Assembly (NCBI RefSeq): GCF_052425735.1
Contig: NC_135761.1
Location: 13,764,001-13,828,000 of the forward strand
Reading direction: 5' to 3'
Source: Oculina patagonica
Lineage: Eukaryota
DNA length: 64,000 nt
The position numbers and the translations under genes were made by a program. Below the pieces are notes generated by a model. That model did no database searches and was not told where the DNA came from. It saw only the letters and a list, made by a program, of their open reading frames with translations. Positions 28,144-42,300 of this stretch are shown piece by piece (positions within the stretch are counted from its first letter, which is position 1; each line of letters starts with the position of its first letter).

Positions 28144-31100
28144 ACTTTGCGATGATGTGTGTTCTTTAACGTCCCCTGCGATACATGAGATGCAGGAGCG
28201 GGGCCACGGTTATCGTCCTCCGAGAAGACTAGAATGTCTAACCATTGCAGATGTAATTACAAAGGCAGCACATTCTCCTCAGTTATTTTAAGACCCGAGT
28301 GTTGGTCCGGTCTGGGAGTCGAACCCGAGACCTCCAGCACGACTGTCTGGTGCTCTACCTACTGAGCTAACCGGTCTTTACCTTAATCTGGTCAGAGACT
28401 CTTTTTTACCTAACAAATTCTTAAATCCATCAAAAATATGCTTCACATTTACATCTGTTTCATGATTTACATGTTTATTTTCAGGCTGTCTTCCTGTAAG
28501 ATCAAGTATGCATTTTAATGAAACCCTAATGGCCCACAAGGCTAGAGATTTATATCCCCAAATTCTGTAGCATTTAGCGACTAGGAGTTCCCTGGATGGG
28601 AAGCTAGTCCACTGTAGGGTTAGCCTGGGGCATTTGATTCGCTAGCACCCATTTATACACCTGGGTGGAGAGCGACAATGTGATAGAAAAGTGTCTTGCC
28701 CAAGAACACAAAGCACTGACCACAGCCAGGACTGGATCCAGACTGCTTGATAGATGACACACATCCTATTAGGGTAGTGCACCTGACACAATTCTTCAGT
28801 ACAGTCTCACAAGCTGTAGCCATACAGATACAATGTACAAAGGAAAGCCTATGTTTATGTCAGCCTGTGATCTTATTACCTGATAACAAATGAGAATGAA
28901 CAAAAATATTGCCATGTATCCAATCTGGTAAACCGACACCTCGTTCTGTAAACCAACCAATAGAAATGCACCACAGCAGAGTAGGATCCAGTACTTTGCC
29001 AGCACTGATTTGACCCACATCATGAGTGCCTTAGCATCATCAGACGCTTTGGGATCCAGCGTGTCAGCTTCCTCTGAACCAACAGCTAAAGGGAAAGAAT
29101 GATTATGTTAGAATTGGTTCATCTGTTAGAACTGGTTCAAATTGCTCCCTTTTAAGTATCTGACCGCAGTTGTTCAAGTCTCTGACCCCAGTTGGACATA
29201 AAACATATTTATAAACTGCTTTATAAAATTCCAATACTCAGTATTTGAAAATCAAAATAGAATAAGAGGCAGTTTTAGAAAGCAGAGCATGTACATGTAA
29301 TTTCCTTTTTCTAATTTTTAAAAGTACATTTCAATTTTTTACCATTCAATGAACTCACTATAACATGGGTAATTTTAAGAGTTTTTAACTAAGTTTAGTG
29401 TTAACCCTTGCCTTTTTAATGCAAAGAATTTCAACAAAGATTTATTTTATATCATTTAAGTTAGCAGTTTAAATAATAATTCATTAGAAAAGTTATAGGT
29501 AACTCCACAATTTAAAGCTCACAAAATGTTATTTTAGTTTTAATTGGAAAGTTCAACAGATTTCAGCTAATTACTTTTTTACTAAATACAAGAAGAACAC
29601 ATAAAAATAAAAAGCATTTTTCACCAAATAATAGCAAGCTAGGGGAAGATATTTTTATTGTTTGTTGCATAAAGAAGTGAACAAAGTAAATATTGATACA
29701 GATTGTTCCTGAAAGGGGGGATTGGGGGGGGGGGGGATTTAGGCGAGTGACAAGAGCTATTATTTGAGGAAATACTGCAAAAGATTAATATTTATATATT
29801 TAAAGCAGACTTTAAGGGGACTACACTTATTTACAATTTATACCTGACGAAGATGATGATTCCATGGAGGCTTTATAAAGACAACAAGAAAAGATATTTA
29901 GCCATTAAACTGCAGTCGACAGCGATTATAATTATTTTTATTTTTGACTTGGAACATTAAACATTACGCTTACAAAAGATATTTTTTATTTGGTGACATA
30001 CAGAATTCAAATTATGTCAATTTCAACAAAAAAGAAGTTATTTTAGGGAACTTAATAAAGCAACTTACAAGTACAAGCTTTAGTAACAGTACAGTTTTTG
30101 AATTTTAATTCTGTTTTATACATGTGTACAATCCAGGAGCCCTCACTCCTCCCTGTTGGTGGCCAGTTCAATACCTGAGACTAGCACTGCAAGCTTGGTG
30201 TGAAACATGATAATCGAAAACACAAACACTTTGTTGAAAAGTCAAGCTCATAATCAATCTCATACATGTACTTCAAGCTACAAGTCCCTACGTACTGCCA
30301 TGAACCACTCTTGACTGCAGGTTTCTGCACAATCATTTTACTGTACTTTAAAGATTTTTTTTGTTATTTTATTCTTTTATTTCAGTTATTCACCTCTCCA
30401 CTTTATAACAATGAAGAACACTAGATTTATAATTTAAAGTTTAACACTATAATTTATACATTTAAACATTAAAATGTTGTCTTCAATTAAATTAAATAAT
30501 GCAAACTATGTATTTGTGCTTTAAAATTATAGCTACTGTAATTTGTAATTAAACTTTCTTTTTAAGCGTTACCATCTGAACTGAATCCCAAACAATTGCA
30601 AGTGAGTCATTTGTCTTCCAAACATAAATAGCAGAGAGTTAAATAGCATACAAAGGAATTACCATTTCTCAAAACCCTTGATTTCTCAAAACCTGATATC
30701 TCGAATTGAATAGCTTGATGCAAAGGTATGCTAAGTGACTTTTAAGATGAAAAATCGTTTTTTTCCTTCAAACGTGCCCGAATTTTTGCATGTGGTCTTC
30801 AATTTAATGGAAAAACATTGTCCTCGAATTAAAATTTCTGGTTTGCACCTTGTCTTCGAGAAAACTAGAACTATGGTCACTTTAAAACAATAACACGCGG
30901 CAAAGAGAGAAAGAGGATTAAACTTAGCAGTTACAGTAAAGTAAAGTTAGGGTCAGCTAGTGTTAAGGTTAGGGTTAAGTGTCACGAATGTTATATAAAC
31001 ATTGAACTTGACCGATCGACAAACTTGAGCGACTGAACAGTGAAAAGAAGTGAAAAATATATAGCAAAATGAACGAGAAATCCTTAAACAAAAACGACTT

Positions 31101-34100
31101 ACGCCGTTGCCCTTTCCTCTCGCCAGCTTCTAACCACAAATGCACTCGCCAAATGTTCAATGTTTCGTTTTCAGTCAGCAAATTTAGGCTGCTAAAGGTT
31201 AATCCATAATATGTTTTCGCTTTTCCCCAGTTTCTCTCCGTAGTCACGCGTAACGCAATTTGATCTTGACTCACAAGCAACGATCGTTCTTTTAAACATT
31301 CAGGCCTTTTATTCCTGGAAAGGATCGCAGCTTAGGGCTAGTTTTTGTCGAAATGAAGCAATTTGTTGCTTTTCTTGGTAAAAATTATCCTTTTCTGTCG
31401 ATTCTGTTGTGTTCTGTTGATTGAGTGAGCGTTTTCCGTCTTTGCCGTGCCGAACGAACTTTGTTTATTGTGACAATGCGTATCGAATGACGTATCCATT
31501 AAAGATTATTATGGGATATCCCTGAGTAGCTGAAATACGGGAAGTCCTATCGCCAAATCTAAGAGAATTTTTATAAGTCTAAAAGCACCTCCTTATTTCC
31601 AAACGTTCAACGCGGCAACACGAGGCAAATGAGCCAAAACTTCGAGAATATAACGTTTTTTGGAACAGAAGTTGCTTCTAGACCTCGCCTGGCTCAATGC
31701 GCCTTCGAAAGCCAAGTTTACCGCCAGTCTTGGCAGGGCTTAGCAATCTTCAGGCAGGTACACATCTCGCTTCTTTGAGATATGCTAGTGGCTTACGGGT
31801 TTCCAGACTTAATGATGTCCTTTTACCACCAGACGGGCGTAAATATGTGTCAAATAAGCGAAAATAAGCGGACTTCTAATGCGTAAGGTGAGTTTTCAAC
31901 TGGTCTGATTGAAAGTCTCGTTGCCTCGGCTTCGCGCGCCAAAATAATTCAAACGTAAGCTTACGTCACAAAGTAGTTTAAGAAATTCATTTCCAGATCC
32001 CGTTTTTGAGCGAGCGAATAAATTCCCCCCCCCCCCCCCCAACAAAAGGACAACGATTTTCTATTTAATCGAAGACCACACGCAAAAATTCTGGCACGTT
32101 TGAGCAAAAATTCAGGCGCGTTTGAAGGAAAAAACGATTTTTCATCTTAAAAGTCACTTAGCATACCTTTGCATCAAGCTATTCAATTACTGTTTCCCTT
32201 GGAGATTTAAAAAATCAGGATTCTCTTTATGAACAAAGAGATACTTACACATCTTCCTAAGTGCCTTGAGAAATGGGTGAGCAAGGTTTCTAAGTGGAAG
32301 GGATTCTTCACTTTCTCTTTCCCTTCTCTTCATTTTCTTCTCTCTGATGTGCTGTCGTAATGTCACCCAGAACACCCAAGTAAAGAGAGTCTGTTGAATG
32401 TTAAAATGACTTAAACATTTCAGTTTATTTGATTACCATTTAGGAATGTTTTCTGCAAGATGCTGTGTTTGGTTGTTTAAAGTTGATTGATTCAGATCAA
32501 CAATGAGAAAATACACATGTAGAATGCAAGACAACAGCTACATTGTATATGATTTTTTGTGTCATAAGTATCTTAATCTCTTGAGCACACTAATGTACAG
32601 TCAGGCGTACATTACTTTGATTGGCTAGATCTACAGTTCAACAGAACATGATATGGAATGTGCCAATGACAAAGTCATGCAACTTGTCACACTATCAACT
32701 CTCTTAGTCTCAGAAAGTGCAACTTTCCATACATTTGTACAGTGTGATTATCATACTAAAAGGACAGCATTTCTTGCACCACTTGGGAGAGCTCTTAGCT
32801 TTCTTTACTGGTTAGTGCTGTATATCTGTCGTAACACACTCTCCCCTCATGATCTCCACTGCATTAAGTGTGCATCAATTTGTCTGTAAGGCCTCACAGC
32901 TAAATCATGGCTTTGCCAGCCATGATTTACATAAAAGTTATGCAATGTAACTTTAATTTGTTCTGTTAATGTATATATACAGTAAATAAACATCTTACCT
33001 GTGCACCCAAGTGTAAACATGGGAATTGCCATTTCTTCAGTCCCAGCTCAGAATAGTCAAATGTTCCTGTGGGATCTTGTAGTGGTAATTCATCATCAGT
33101 AAGCTGAAGGCCATAAATGTACTGCACAAGGAGAAGTAACTCGGCATAGATCACCAGCCCTGGAGAGGAAACCATACAGAACCACCGTGCAAATGGAGTG
33201 ATCCAAATGAGACACGCCCATAACAGCAGGACAAATGTCAGCCACGAGTGGTATGTGATGCTCCATGCCTGATGTAAACAAAATAATATTTGTAAAATAT
33301 TATCATACAACCACATAGTACCACAGATGAAATCATTTATAGAAAACATACAGTGAGCTAATGTATGTGGGTTGAGATGAGTTGACCTGACTTCCTTGAC
33401 CAAAAAAACTATCCACCCTGCAGCACATCAGCAATTCATTTTGTGCATGCGCACAATCTAGTATGCACTTTTTTTAACAAAATCAAGCTCAGTGAGGAAG
33501 ATATGTTAAAATACATATTTAATACCAGGTAACGTGTATAATATTTGGCTCTAGATCATTTATCATTTTACGGTCTGCGAGCCATATATTTAATTGTCCG
33601 GCCCTTCCACTTAGTCAATTAAAGCTCAATATCAACCCCAAGTCTTGATGTACTACCAAATTATCACACCAACATGGAGCAAAAGAAATGTATACTGCTC
33701 AGTAAGGAGAAATTACTTACCATCATAATAATCAGAGCGGCAATGTAGCTCTGTCGCATGAGGAACATCATGATGCTTCCCAGAGTTCCCTGCACTCCTG
33801 GATATTCATCCGGCTCCCTGATTGGTTGAACTGGCTCTTCAGCCACCACATTTTCAGGTAGAGGGCCCAAGGTGTTGTAGTTGGTCTGACGCCCTGCCAT
33901 AAGCGACTGAAAAACATACGACATGTTACATGTAAATGCAGTCGAACCCTTTTAAAAGGACACCATGTTGTGGTTCTATCAGTTTTATTTTACCCTAGGG
34001 AAAGTTTCAATTGGTATTTTCCATTGTTTTATGTTCAGTATCGTGTATTACTGTACCATACACCAGAACAATGAAAAATATCAATTATTTTACCAAGCCT

Positions 34101-36279
34101 GGAGTAAAACTGAACCACATCATATGCACTGTCAAATGAATCCAGATAATTCACACCATTGGTAACTGGAACCTCCTGCTATTTCAAACCTTTTCAATTT
34201 ACCTTATTGTTACTTATTTTCGCGGGAACTTAATTTCGCGAAAATGAAACAGGTATATTTCGCGGAACTTAGTTTCCGCGATTTGGCCAAAAAATACGTA
34301 ATTAACATAAAAAATACAATAGAAAACGTTTGAAATAAATTTTCGCAGGTCTTTAATTTTGCGATTTTCAAAAAATCGCGAAAATCGCAAAAATTAAGTC
34401 CCGCGAAAATAAGTAACAATAAGGTACCTCCAACTCCCTCCTCCCCCCACCCCCTGACAACTTAAACCATTTTTGATTCTCCTCATGTCTCCCAGAAGGT
34501 TCAAGTTACCAGGATTGAACTGTACTTTTTGTAACAGAATTTGCAAGGAATTTGTTTTTGAAGGGCAAAATTACCTGTCTCTCAGATGTGTAGGATTGCG
34601 GCCAAGTTCTAGGGTCCCACCAGTGAGATTGATTTTCATACCTAGATCCATTTTCCTGTTACAAACAAATATGCAGCAGTCTTAAACAACTAGTAAAATT
34701 ATTAATTGAAAAACATTATGTTTAGGATAGGAATGGCATGCAAACTCTGTAAATGCCAACTTTTTTTCCAAGTGAAAGGTGTGAGGTTTCTATTCTCAGT
34801 GCCAGGATTTTTGAAGACAAGACCATAATTATCTTTGAAAATTTCTGAGGAGGTTCATGGACCAAGTATGCAGGAATGAGAATGTGGTTGTTTGACAACC
34901 TTGCTGCAAGTACATGTAATTCTCTTTTCTACAATGTAAAATCAGAGAATCAGGGTAATGTACCATTATATACATGTACAAGTTTACACATACTTTTTTT
35001 CCAGCACTGTTACAAATTAACATAATTTTAGAAAGGATACCTGCTATAATTGTCATAGCAGGTAAAATTTTCAACTAGGCCTGAGAAATTGGTCTGTAAG
35101 CATAAGAAAGTGCTCAAGAGATAAAAGTTTGTAACCCACAGCTGTGTGACTCATGCATCAATGTGAATTGGCAGACCAAAACCCTTTTATTTCTTTGGAG
35201 GGGGTGCACATCCAGGATTTTTCTTAGGAGGGGGTGCACACTAAGGAATGGTGTGACTGACTAGTGATGTAAACAAATTTTAAAAGCGAATACTAAGCTG
35301 CAGGTCATCTCAGGGAGGGGTGCGCACCCCCTGCACCCTCCCCCTACATCCACCCCTGAAACATGAACATGAATCAAGCAATGATTGATACATACATTTA
35401 CGAAGTAAAATCTTGTCTCTGTTGCTAACAGCCAGTAAAGAGCTAAGATTACACCAGGTGACGCACACTGAGGCCAGTCCAGGTATGGTCTTACATGAAG
35501 TGCAAGAGGAGCACTGCAGTCTGTGTAAATTATTCCCACAAGGCCAAATAATCTAACAGAGAAAATAATTATTTATTAGACGTGTTTAATACATGTATAC
35601 CTACAGCAAACTAAATTTGGGTAAATAGTTTTCCTCCTTCTTCTATCATGGTAATTCACTATTCACTCATCAAAATAAGTTATAATCTGGAGCTTTTTAT
35701 TTATACTAGTAATAGTTCTCACTATAAAGCTGCCCCCGCCTTTTTATACTTGGGCTTATAACATTCAAAATAAACTTACATTGTACAATAATTTCCAGGC
35801 CAAAAAACCTAAAAAAATTCCACGAGTAACAAAATATGGCACAAGATTCGAGAAAACAACCCACTCTTTGGATCAAATAATCTGACAGTTTGTTAGCGAA
35901 ACGAATTACATGACAAAGTTCACGCTTTTGTTTATTACTCGTTGTAACTTGTAAGATGTATACGATACAACAAACCTCCGAAAGCAAACCTTACAAATGT
36001 ATAAACGCTTGGAACATAGGTAGCCGGCACGTAGCCAAGAACATGAAACCAATTGCTCGAAATCTTTCGACGTATTACTAACATTTGCTTCAAATATCAC
36101 TTAACACAACCAAAGCAGAGAAACCGCTCGAACAAATCTGTGAACACGCGTAGGCCAAAACCGGAAAACAAAACGCTGCTAGCAGATGGTGAAGCTCAAA
36201 ACGCGAAGGTGACCAAACGCGACCTCGTGGTTGCAAGTACCCGACACCACCGTGCGCGCTTGCAAAAATATTACCCGTC

Positions 36280-36315
<36 letters not shown>

Positions 36316-39300
36316 GCTTTGCCCACTACAGACACATTTCTTACTTTTTCAACAAATATTCATTGTCCTTGTATGTATACACCCGGGGACTCCTAGTGTG
36401 CCTCCTCGGGTTTTGGCCTATGGGCCAAAACCCTGCGGGGGCAAAAACAATGTTTAAAACATGTTATTACCCCACAAGTTTCCGTACATGATATATACAT
36501 GTACAGTACATGTTCTAGTTTTAAAATGAATTAAAAATGAATCAGAATGATTTGGAACTAGTTTGATTTGTATTTTTCTATGTTAAAGGATTTGTTATGG
36601 AAATAAAATATGGAACAAAGAAAAACACAGATCATTCAAACTAGTTTAGAATTCACTTTATCTATTTGCACAAACAAATAATTACTGCATTTGTTTAAGC
36701 TTGATCTCTAATGCCCCTTTCTCTGGGGCTTGTTTTCCCCTGCCATTCCTGTGGGTTGTCCAATGGTTTAGCTAGGGATCAAACCCACCAAATGTCTGCT
36801 GAGCATGTGTAACTTTATCTGTAGCTCAAAATATTATTATTTATAATATTAATTGTTACATAAATAATACTTGACAACCTCACCTGGCAAGTAAGCTATC
36901 TGGAGGAAGAACCTTTTGAAAAAATTGGAACTGATACATGTAGAACGTCAAAACATGCAGACCAGAGTAAACCATGAGCGAAAATCTAACGTAGGCAAAT
37001 GCTCTTTTCCTTCGCAGTCTAAATGCCTTGTGGCAGGCCCACATTGTTCCTAAGATCAAGAATGTCACAAAGTATATCACGGAAGCTAGTGATGGCAGCA
37101 TTATGCCCCCAACAAGCAACATGGCCGCAATGAAATAAGGCATCACGTTATCCCATGTAGTTGAGTCAGATGACAGCCTTATATGTTGCGGAGTCTCTGG
37201 ACGAAGCGGAGAGGACTCAATTAAACCTCGGCAACATACAACACATGTTATGGATACAGCTATAACTGCCACGTCTGGAACAATGATTCTGCATATATCC
37301 AGTGCTGAAGCACCATCAAACCTACAGGATCAAAATAATCTGATGTCAATGTACTGTTGTGTGTGAGGTGCAGTGGCCTAATGGCTAGTGTGCTGGACTC
37401 CGGATCAAGCAGTCTGATAATAGGTATAGGTATACGTATTTTATTTAAAGTCGGTAACGTTGGTAGTGGTTGCCCAATCTCCCGAGCCAGGGGCTCATGT
37501 TAAAACACAGGCGGCCCAAGCTCTCTATCAGATCACCTTTGGACGTGACTCTTGTTTACGAGCGGTGTTGTGTTACAAAGATTCAAATTTTAAGGGTTTG
37601 TATGGGAAACAACGGTTTTGCTTTAAAAGTAAAAAACGATGTATATTTTGTAAATAAAGTTGACTTACCCTGATTCGTTGTTTCATTCTTTGTTGTATTC
37701 CAGCTTCTCAGGTCGATTCAACACGTTTTCGGCGAGTTATCGTTATTTAGGTGTTCCACTGCTAAAATAAAGACAAGGCTTTACAGTGGAACACCTAAAT
37801 AACGATAACTCGCCGAAAACGCGTCGAATCGACCTGAGAAGCTGGAATACAACAAAGAATGAAACAACGAATCAGGGTAACTCAACTTTATTCACAAAAT
37901 ATACATTTTTTTTTACTTTTAAAGCAAAACCGTTGTTTCCCATACAAACCCTTATAATTGGAATCTTTGTAACACAACACCGCTCGTAAACAAGAGTCAC
38001 GTCCAAAGGTAATCTGATAGAGAGCTTGGGCCGCCTGTGGTTTAAAATGCACGACTACCGGTATTTACAATAAAATTAATTACATTACTATTACATTAAA
38101 ATCATTAAAAATAGAATTTAAAAAGAGATGCTAATATAAATATAGAATAAAATCAAAGTCTCTTGGAGATATCGATGTTTTTGCATGAAGTATGAGTCGA
38201 AGGTTTATCCTGTGCATTGTTCTTCGAACTTATTATTACAGTTTCTTTGTAGTTTAGTTTGTAGTTTAGTTTAATTTCCTATCTTCGCGGAGGAAATGCA
38301 GCCATATAATTTTGTCAAAAATGGCTCGTCCGCGCCGGGTATTTATACACATATTCCTTAACATTACACAAATAAACAGTGCAAATTTCACCGAGATCTG
38401 ACGATTCTATACTTTAAAATTGCAAGGACCTTTCGAGGCAGTCAATTACGGCAGCGAAATTAGCAAATGAAACAGCAAAATATGCGTTCGACGCTTCGTT
38501 TTTGCGAGGCCATATTTGAATTGTTATAGGTAGACCGCTGTTCAATGTGTTCAAGGCTGTATCGTTACGATTGCTCCACGAAAAAGCACGAAACAAAATA
38601 CGGATGTTTCCGACTACTGTCGGAGAAAACATTGCACATATAATTGCGGCGTAAACCAATCGTTACACTCAAGCTGCGTTTTGTCTAGGCTCTGCGAGGG
38701 TCGGATATCAAGACCCAGGATTAAACAAAAGCCATATATACAGTGAATGCTTTCGAATTATATTTGAAGATGAAATACGAAAGAATTTTGCTGTCTTTGA
38801 CTGAAATTCCACTCGAACTGCGTAGATACGATCGCATGTTGTAAAGCCGATTCATGCAATATTGCTGTCAACGCGAGGTCTCGTCCCTAACGACCTAGGC
38901 TGATGACGAAATAGAATAGCGCTTGTAGCGACCAAATTTGGCCTAATTTTTAACCGCTCCTATAAGCGAAAAGAAGCCCCCATCTCTTGCATTTGTTTTA
39001 ACTTCAATAATATCTTTGAAAAGAGCGAGTTTTTTGGTATGGTTTATTTTTGACGTTTGTAATTTTTAAACGATGTAAGTGCTAGTGATTATTTATTCGT
39101 GTTTTAGTTACGCAATCCATTGTTTGTGCGACGCTTTTTATAGATCGCCTTTCAGACACACGTGCGTTGAGATAAGAAAGCTGACATGTCACTTTTAAAA
39201 TTGTTATATAACGTTTGTAAATGTGACAAGTCACGTTTTTCCCATGAGATCGCAAGTGATCACCCACAGCGGAAAGTAATCCCTTGAGAAATTAAAACAG

Positions 39301-42300
39301 TCCCTTGAGAAATTAAAAAAGTCCCTTGAGAGTTTACAAATATGTGGTTCCAAATTTTGTTCACATAACCCCTATTCTACCATTTTAGCTTGTAAACAAG
39401 CAAAAACGTCGAAAAAATGAAAGCAACTAATCCTAATATTAAAAATTTAAAAATTTGCACAAAGAAGCAAAACAATATATGAAGGGGCAAGAGCAAGAAA
39501 CGCACTTTGAGTTTTGGCCAAATTGAAAATTGTCACAAACAACTCCAAATTTCGCACGCAAGTTCGTTTACGTGTGGTTAACATTGATCTGTATTCAAAT
39601 TCGCTGGATCTAGCTTCGTTTTTTAGAAATTATGTATGCAAAGAACAAAGGCGTTTTGCAAAGCTTAGTACGTTCTCCACAGTCAGCCAGCAGTATAAGT
39701 TTTTCGACACATCGCGTGTTAATCTTTCCTTCTAGCGTTATTTAACTGTCCGGGGAGGTTGAAAAACGTGTCAGAGCCATGCTTTTAGTTTCTAGCCGCC
39801 ATTGTTGAGGATTCGCTTTAAGAAAAGGACTGGATAACACATTGTGATGCGATGTCACCTGATGGGTGTTACGTGAGAGGAAAGAGAAAAAAATGGCCGT
39901 TTGTTCCTGAAAATCAAAGCCTTTGGTTAGTTTTAGCGTAAGTGCGGCTGCCATGTGGTTGAAGGACATCATTAAGTCTGAATACCCGTAAGTTAAAAGC
40001 ATCGCTCGAAGAACTTAGGGATGTTCCTGCCTTTGTTGTGTACAACAGCGCTGTTTAGTGCTCCAGAAAAACGTTGCACAAACCAAGGTAGTTTTGAGCC
40101 TGGCAGAATAAAAGCCTAAAACGAGAGTTTCTTGCCGGGAACTTTGTCAAGGCGAGTTTTGCAGTGTCCGCTTGGATGCTGCCGCGACAAAGTTGCCAAG
40201 AAGTGACCTGGTTTTAGACTTATAAGATATTTGTGAGTGCCCGGAGCGCTACCTGCCATCGCAAATTTGTTTTCGCTACCTCATTAAATATGCATGTATG
40301 GATCGGTCAAAAAGTGCATGCGATCTTGTCTTGATTACGCGCGCAGGGTCTTGTAGATCTAGATTGTGTGATGTAATAATGTAAGGATAGGAGATGGGAG
40401 AGCAAACAGTGCTTTACTGAAAGCAAAAGCAAGCTGTAATTGGAAAACCAGCCATTTACTTGGCCTTCCTTAAATCGGATCAACGGCACGCGTGTCACAG
40501 AAGTTGAGTGTTGTGCAGGCGCTTTATCGAGAAAACTTATCAAAATAGTGTTGCCCCAAACAACAAAAAACAGCTAACCGCAAGCAGGCTGCAGTGAAAG
40601 CTAACTGCAAGCAAACTGGAGTAAAAGCTTACGGCAAGAAAAGCGCGATCTTATAGGGTTAAGGCCGACTCAGATCTTAACCCTAACTTGAAACGCTAAC
40701 CCTAACTTGATTTTGTAAACGCTAACCCCAACCCTGAGCCTCAGGGTTCGCTTTTGCCTTAGGGTTAAGCACTTAAACCCTAACTTGGAACATTAACCCT
40801 AACCTTAGGGTTAGAGTTGTTTGAGTTATAGTTTGATCCTTAAAACGTTTGCTGGTTTCATTGTTTTAAGGAACAAAAGGGTTCCTTTGTTTATCGTTTG
40901 TCAAAGAAAATTCCTTAATATGCCGCCAGCAAAAACCTTGTCTTTTTGCATGTGTTATTTTTCGAAAACGAAGGAAAGACCAGCAAAATTAAATACAGGG
41001 CAGTGTTGAGCACACGTAAACGAACTTGCGTGTGAAATTTGGAGTTGCTTGTGACAATTTTCAATTTGGCCAAAACTCAAAGTGCGTTTCTTTCTATTAT
41101 ACAGTTCATACACTGGCACCCAGCAAACTTTATGCCATTTAAACTACCTTGAAAATGTGCCAAGGTGGTCGAGGATTTGGCGTTAGCTAGCAACTGGTTC
41201 CAAAAGTGAGCAATTAAATACAGAAAGGAGTTGTGCATGACAGGGCTGTTATATGGGGGTTGCACAACATTTGAGCCTCTACGTCGTAAAATCATAATTA
41301 GTTAACCTAATCATAACTTCCAAAGGAACTAGGGCTCTGATTTTTTACTCAGTGTTTGTTATTGTTTGCTTTGTCGCTCATTTTCATTGATCATATTGCA
41401 CTCTTTCTTTTTCTTGTACCTCATTATTGGGTTTTTAACTTTTATAATGTGAAATATTTTATTTGAGGACCCATCAGTTTCTGTAAACCACCGTAAAGGT
41501 GAAGTTGGTTTTCATTGATAAAGATTACTCTCACATGTAGCTAGTAAGGCTCGGGAAACATTTTGTAAAAAAAAAGCCTGCCACGATGAACATTGTTTAG
41601 CAACTTGGTAATATTTATCATTTATTATATATTCGCAAATGTTTTACTGGAAAATAGATCACTCGTAAAATTCATATGAAACTACATGTACATCCGGGAT
41701 TGTAGTGGCCTATTTTCCATATCCTCACTTGTGAGGATATTGATGACATCATTTCCCGCCGTTACACGGTTGTTTGTGCAAAGCTGCCAACGCCGGTTGG
41801 AAATGGTGAGCTATCGATTAGTGAAGTGAAGCCAAAATAAAATCTTTCACTGAGGAGCAGATAAATGCTAACACGAAGAAAAGACTTCACATGACATAAA
41901 ATTATTTAAAAGAGCTTCTTGCTGGTGGAGAGTCAGATTGGCAATTTGCTCAATTGTTATATTTAGCCGTCAATCGTGTTTAACCTCTTGATGAATAAAT
42001 TAAAATGTTTTAACTTTTACTTCATGCATGATGTTTGTCTATATAATAAAAAGAAAATTACACGTTGGCTTGAAGATATGAATTTTATTTTCTCGTGGTA
42101 AAAGCAATATTTCACTCATTCACTGCGCTCATTCGTAAAATATTGCTTTACCACTCGAAAATAAAATTCATATCTTCATGCCGCCGTGTAATATCCTCTA
42201 TTGAGTGTTTGTACATGTATATGTTGTGATTTAAATTAATCTTTGGTTTAAAAATTTTCAAAGTTTGATTTTAGTTTTCATTGTCTCATTATTAGTCATT

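Noticed and set aside
40654-40815. Chromosome-fusion or true interstitial telomere
   Set aside because: Units are short, interrupted, in mixed orientation and enclosed by transposon TIRs.
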